The notes under the pieces: generated by a model
Seen by the model: the letters and a program-made list of their open reading frames with translations, nothing else
Database searches by the model: none
What the model was told of the DNA's origin: nothing
Shown here: one piece after another, positions 37,476 to 40,461 of the stretch
How positions within the stretch are numbered: position 1 is the stretch's first letter
Layout of the letters: every line of letters starts with the position of its first letter
Translations under genes and position numbers: made by a program
NCBI GenBank assembly: GCA_039190745.1
Contig: JBCCXZ010000035.1
Location: 1 to 40,461, forward strand
Reading direction: 5' to 3'
DNA from: Planctomycetota bacterium
Lineage (GTDB): Bacteria; Planctomycetota; Planctomycetia; Pirellulales; Lacipirellulaceae
Length of the DNA stretch: 40,461 nucleotides

Positions 37476-37621
37476 GGCGAGGGCTCCGTCGGGAGTTGGT
37501 CGAAGGCCAGCAGGCTTCCTATAATACGCTCGTGACGGGGTTCTGGCGAAGCCGGTTGAAGGCAGTAATCGGCTAGGCTCTCGATCCTCTTTCTTACCAT
37601 CAGCAGCAACTGGGCAAGCCT

Positions 37622-38833
37622 TTGGCGACAAGTTTCTCAAAGATCGAAGACGCGGTCGCGGCCATCCGCGAGGGGCAAGTGGTTGTGGTGGTCGACGCCG
37701 AAGACCGCGAGAATGAGGGCGACTTTATCTGCGCCGCGGAAAAGGTCACCCCGGAGACGGTCAATTTCATGATCACCCACGGCCGTGGGCAGCTCTGCAT
37801 GCCTATCTTGCCGGACGTTGGGGAGCGACTGCGGCTGGCCCCGATGGTGGAGGACAACACAGCCCCATTAGGCACCAACTACACCATCCCCGTCGACCAC
37901 CGGACGGCCCGAACGGGGATCACAGCCGCTGAGCGTGCCAAGACGATCCTCTCGATCTGTGACCCCCAGAGCGTGCCATCGGATTTCCACCGGCCTGGGC
38001 ACCTGTTCCCGCTTGTGGCGAAAGAGGGTGGCGTGCTCCGCAGGGCCGGGCATACCGAGGCGGCCGTCGACCTGGCGCGCATGGCGGGCCTGACGCCAGC
38101 GGGTGCCTTGTGTGAGATCTTGGACGAAACCGGCGACCGCGCGAGCCGCGACGACCTGCGGGAGCTGGCGGCCCGGTTTGACTTGCCGATTATCTCGATT
38201 GAGCAGCTCATCGAGTACCGGCGGCACCGCGAGGAACTCGTCTATCGAAAGGCAGAGGCGAAACTGCCTACCAAGTACGGCAGCGGCAAATTGATTGCCT
38301 ACGGGGTGAAGTACGAGTCGCAGGAGCCCTTGGTTTACGTCATCGGAGATATCGAAAAGGCGGCTGCGCCGCTGGTGCGTCTGCACTCGTCTTGCTTCAC
38401 CGGTGACCTCTTGGAATCGCTCCGCTGCGATTGCGGCGACCAGCTCCACATGGCCCTAGAAATGATCGGTTCAGAAGGCTGCGGGGTGCTGGTTTACTTG
38501 CCGCAGGAAGGCCGAGGCATTGGGCTGGTCGAAAAGATCAAAGCCTACAAGCTACAGGACGAAGGGCTCGACACGGTGGAGGCCAACCTGGCGTTGGGCT
38601 TCAAGGCCGACACCCGGGACTACGGGGTGGGTATCCAGTTGTTGAAGGACCTAGGACTCACGAGCGTACGTCTGCTGACGAACAACCCGAAGAAGACAGA
38701 CGCTTTTATCTACGGCGGTTTCGATCTGGAAGTCGTCGATCAGGTGCCGATTGTGCCTCCGATCAACGAGCACAATGCCAACTACATGGCGACGAAGCGT
38801 GACAAGATGGGGCACCAGTTACCGGATGAGTAA
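37622..38833 (+). CDS. ribBA: bifunctional DHBP synthase / GTP cyclohydrolase II
   Basis: DRENEGD, RPGHLFPL, RAGHTEA, VRLHSSCFTGD, RCDCG, QEGRGIG, LLTNNPKK. Confidence 0.96.
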   Translation: MATSFSKIEDAVAAIREGQVVVVVDAEDRENEGDFICAAEKVTPETVNFMITHGRGQLCMPILPDVGERLRLAPMVEDNTAPLGTNYTIPVDHRTARTGITAAERAKTILSICDPQSVPSDFHRPGHLFPLVAKEGGVLRRAGHTEAAVDLARMAGLTPAGALCEILDETGDRASRDDLRELAARFDLPIISIEQLIEYRRHREELVYRKAEAKLPTKYGSGKLIAYGVKYESQEPLVYVIGDIEKAAAPLVRLHSSCFTGDLLESLRCDCGDQLHMALEMIGSEGCGVLVYLPQEGRGIGLVEKIKAYKLQDEGLDTVEANLALGFKADTRDYGVGIQLLKDLGLTSVRLLTNNPKKTDAFIYGGFDLEVVDQVPIVPPINEHNANYMATKRDKMGHQLPDE

Positions 38834-39266
38834 CGGCCGCTTCCGCACGAACGTTTTCGCACGCCCTGCAGGCCTAGAGCCCGGCCCGCTTGTGGAACTC
38901 GACTCCGCCCCGATTTCCACGCTAAAGCTGGCGGGAGGGGCCCTCGACGCGAGCTTTCCGGTTTCTTTTGAGGAAACTTTCACGGCCCTGGATGCCCTCG
39001 GACGCATGGATATTGAACCCGACGGCTTCTTCGTTCATTCGGGCGAAGACTCGAAAGGCCGGTGGCAAATCGACGGCCACTTATTCGACTTCGGCGGTCG
39101 TCTCCACCGCTTAGAGCTATCGGGCCACTGTCCACAGGAGGTCTTCGATCAATTGCTCAGTTGTATCGGCTGGCCGGATACAGCTGTGGTCTTCGAACTG
39201 ATCCGCGAAGGGTTGTTGCTCGACGAACTGACATTCCGCCGGGCTATTTTTGAGCGGCAGTCGTAG
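38826..39266 (+). CDS. hypothetical protein
   Basis: ORF overlapping the ribBA stop; EPDGFFVHSG...WQIDGHLFD...LSCIGWP. Confidence 0.65.
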   Translation: MSNGRFRTNVFARPAGLEPGPLVELDSAPISTLKLAGGALDASFPVSFEETFTALDALGRMDIEPDGFFVHSGEDSKGRWQIDGHLFDFGGRLHRLELSGHCPQEVFDQLLSCIGWPDTAVVFELIREGLLLDELTFRRAIFERQS

Positions 39267-39287
39267 TCGCCATTTATTTTGTCAGTG

Positions 39288-39995
39288 TCAGGCCTGCGAC
39301 GGCGTGGCAAACTGCGGGGTGGCGGCTGCTACAGCCGGGGCCGCTCCGTTGCTGTTTACCGATGCTAGAGTGGTCCGTTGCTCCAGCGCTTGTCTGGTAC
39401 TGAGTACGGCTGTCACCAGTTCCGCAACGGTGCCGACTTCCAGCTTTTGGAAGACATTCCGTCGGCGGTTCTCGATCGTGCGGAGGCTGACTCCCAACCG
39501 TTCGGCCATGGTCTTGTTGGGCTCGCCAGCCAAGACGAGGTCCAGCACTTGCTGCTCTTTCTGTGTGAGGCTCGACAGTTTCTCACGCGTGTGGGCCGTT
39601 TTCTGAAGAGCTTCGCGTTGGACTGCGTCCACGCTCAAGCCCTGCCGGATAACCTGCCACAACTCGTCGTCGTTGCACGGCTTCTCAAGCACTGAGAGGG
39701 CGCCCAACCGCATGGCCTCCACGACCAATGGTGTTCGCGCATAAGCGGTCACAAGCACAAACGGCAGTGACCTGTCGCGTTGTTGCAGCTCTTTCACCAA
39801 CTCCAGACCATTCATGCCCGGCATACGGTAGTCGGTGACTAGACAACCGGGGTCCCCATTGTAGGAATCGAGAAATGTTTCCGCCGATGTAAAGGATTGG
39901 TGCGGCGAACGCATCGAGTCTACGAGGTTCTGGCCTGCACGAAGTGAATCGCCGTCGTCGTCGACAAGAAAGACTGTTCCTGTTAGTTCGGCCAT
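39288..39995 (-). CDS. FixJ family response regulator (REC + LuxR HTH)
   Basis: VFLVDDD, CLVTDYRMPGMNG, VTAY, EKP, LTQKEQQVL...NKTMAERLGVSLRTIE. Confidence 0.93.
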   Translation of the reverse strand: MAELTGTVFLVDDDGDSLRAGQNLVDSMRSPHQSFTSAETFLDSYNGDPGCLVTDYRMPGMNGLELVKELQQRDRSLPFVLVTAYARTPLVVEAMRLGALSVLEKPCNDDELWQVIRQGLSVDAVQREALQKTAHTREKLSSLTQKEQQVLDLVLAGEPNKTMAERLGVSLRTIENRRRNVFQKLEVGTVAELVTAVLSTRQALEQRTTLASVNSNGAAPAVAAATPQFATPSQA

Positions 39996-40461
39996 CGGTT
40001 GCCTCCAGGGGCATTGCAGGTTTTGCAGATGCACCGCTTGGGCCCCAAAAGGCACACGCAAGCGGTTGTTTGAAAAATGCACGGCACCCCCATGCCGTGT
40101 AGGGCCGACCGCAAGAGCGCGACGGGGGTTAACCGACGCTTAGGCGCTTTCACGCGAAAGAAAATCGTGGAATTGCGAAGAAGGCGTTCTTCGCACAAAA
40201 CCTGCGGGTACTGATTGCTGTTATCGGATCCAATTCCGCGGAAACTGTTTCCGGTCGTCCCGGAAGTGTGCTCCGGGCATCCAGAACGGAGGGGGCCGCC
40301 GACAGCTTTAGGACCCCGCTTATCTCCGACGCAAGACTGACACGGGTAAGCAGGCGGCGAGCATGGCCAAGGAATGGGGCTCGGGCACCCGTCCCAACAC
40401 GGTCACCGTCAGCAAGATCTCAAACTCTGGACCGCCCCCAGGAACCGGGCCCCCGGAAAAC

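Noticed and set aside
37476..37621. FMN riboswitch upstream of ribBA
   Set aside because: Leader is short and lacks RFN conserved motifs
40200..40461. Second GGA-rich RNA divergent from the FixJ regulator
   Set aside because: Nine GGA in ~260 nt but only one clear loop hairpin (40367-40377); near background and truncated by the window end
1..40461. CRISPR array, IS or integrase, rRNA or tRNA
   Set aside because: No regularly spaced direct repeats, transposase or recombinase motifs, or cloverleaf/rRNA signatures seen

Overview
High-GC bacterial chromosomal window, most likely a planctomycete (Pirellulales/Lacipirellulaceae-like, inferred from PEP-CTERM proteins with dockerin-like repeats, the long sigma-70 variant and the CBS-korAB-CBS block). 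It is mostly housekeeping genes: 3' carB, kdsD-kdsC, glgC, putA, korA/korB, ribBA and a FixJ-type regulator. Small accessory inserts are interspersed: Uma2 nuclease, a ParE/RelE toxin-antitoxin pair, a low-GC Abi_C/HEPN gene and several REP-like palindromes. No rRNA, tRNA, CRISPR array or transposase is visible. The main leads are: (1) a single ORF built as a double 'signal peptide-domain-PEP-CTERM' polyprotein; (2) an unannotated ~395-nt structured RNA with its own sigma70 promoter, terminator and GGA-loop hairpins, plus CsrA-type hairpins on several ribosome-binding regions; (3) a 967-aa membrane-anchored LptC/LptA-like fusion at the lptCA position after kdsD-kdsC; (4) a PEP-CTERM FGE/C-lectin-fold protein whose C-terminus looks like a DGR variable region; (5) an amber codon cutting region 4.2 of a sigma-70 factor. 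All calls come from reading the sequence only; no searches were run.
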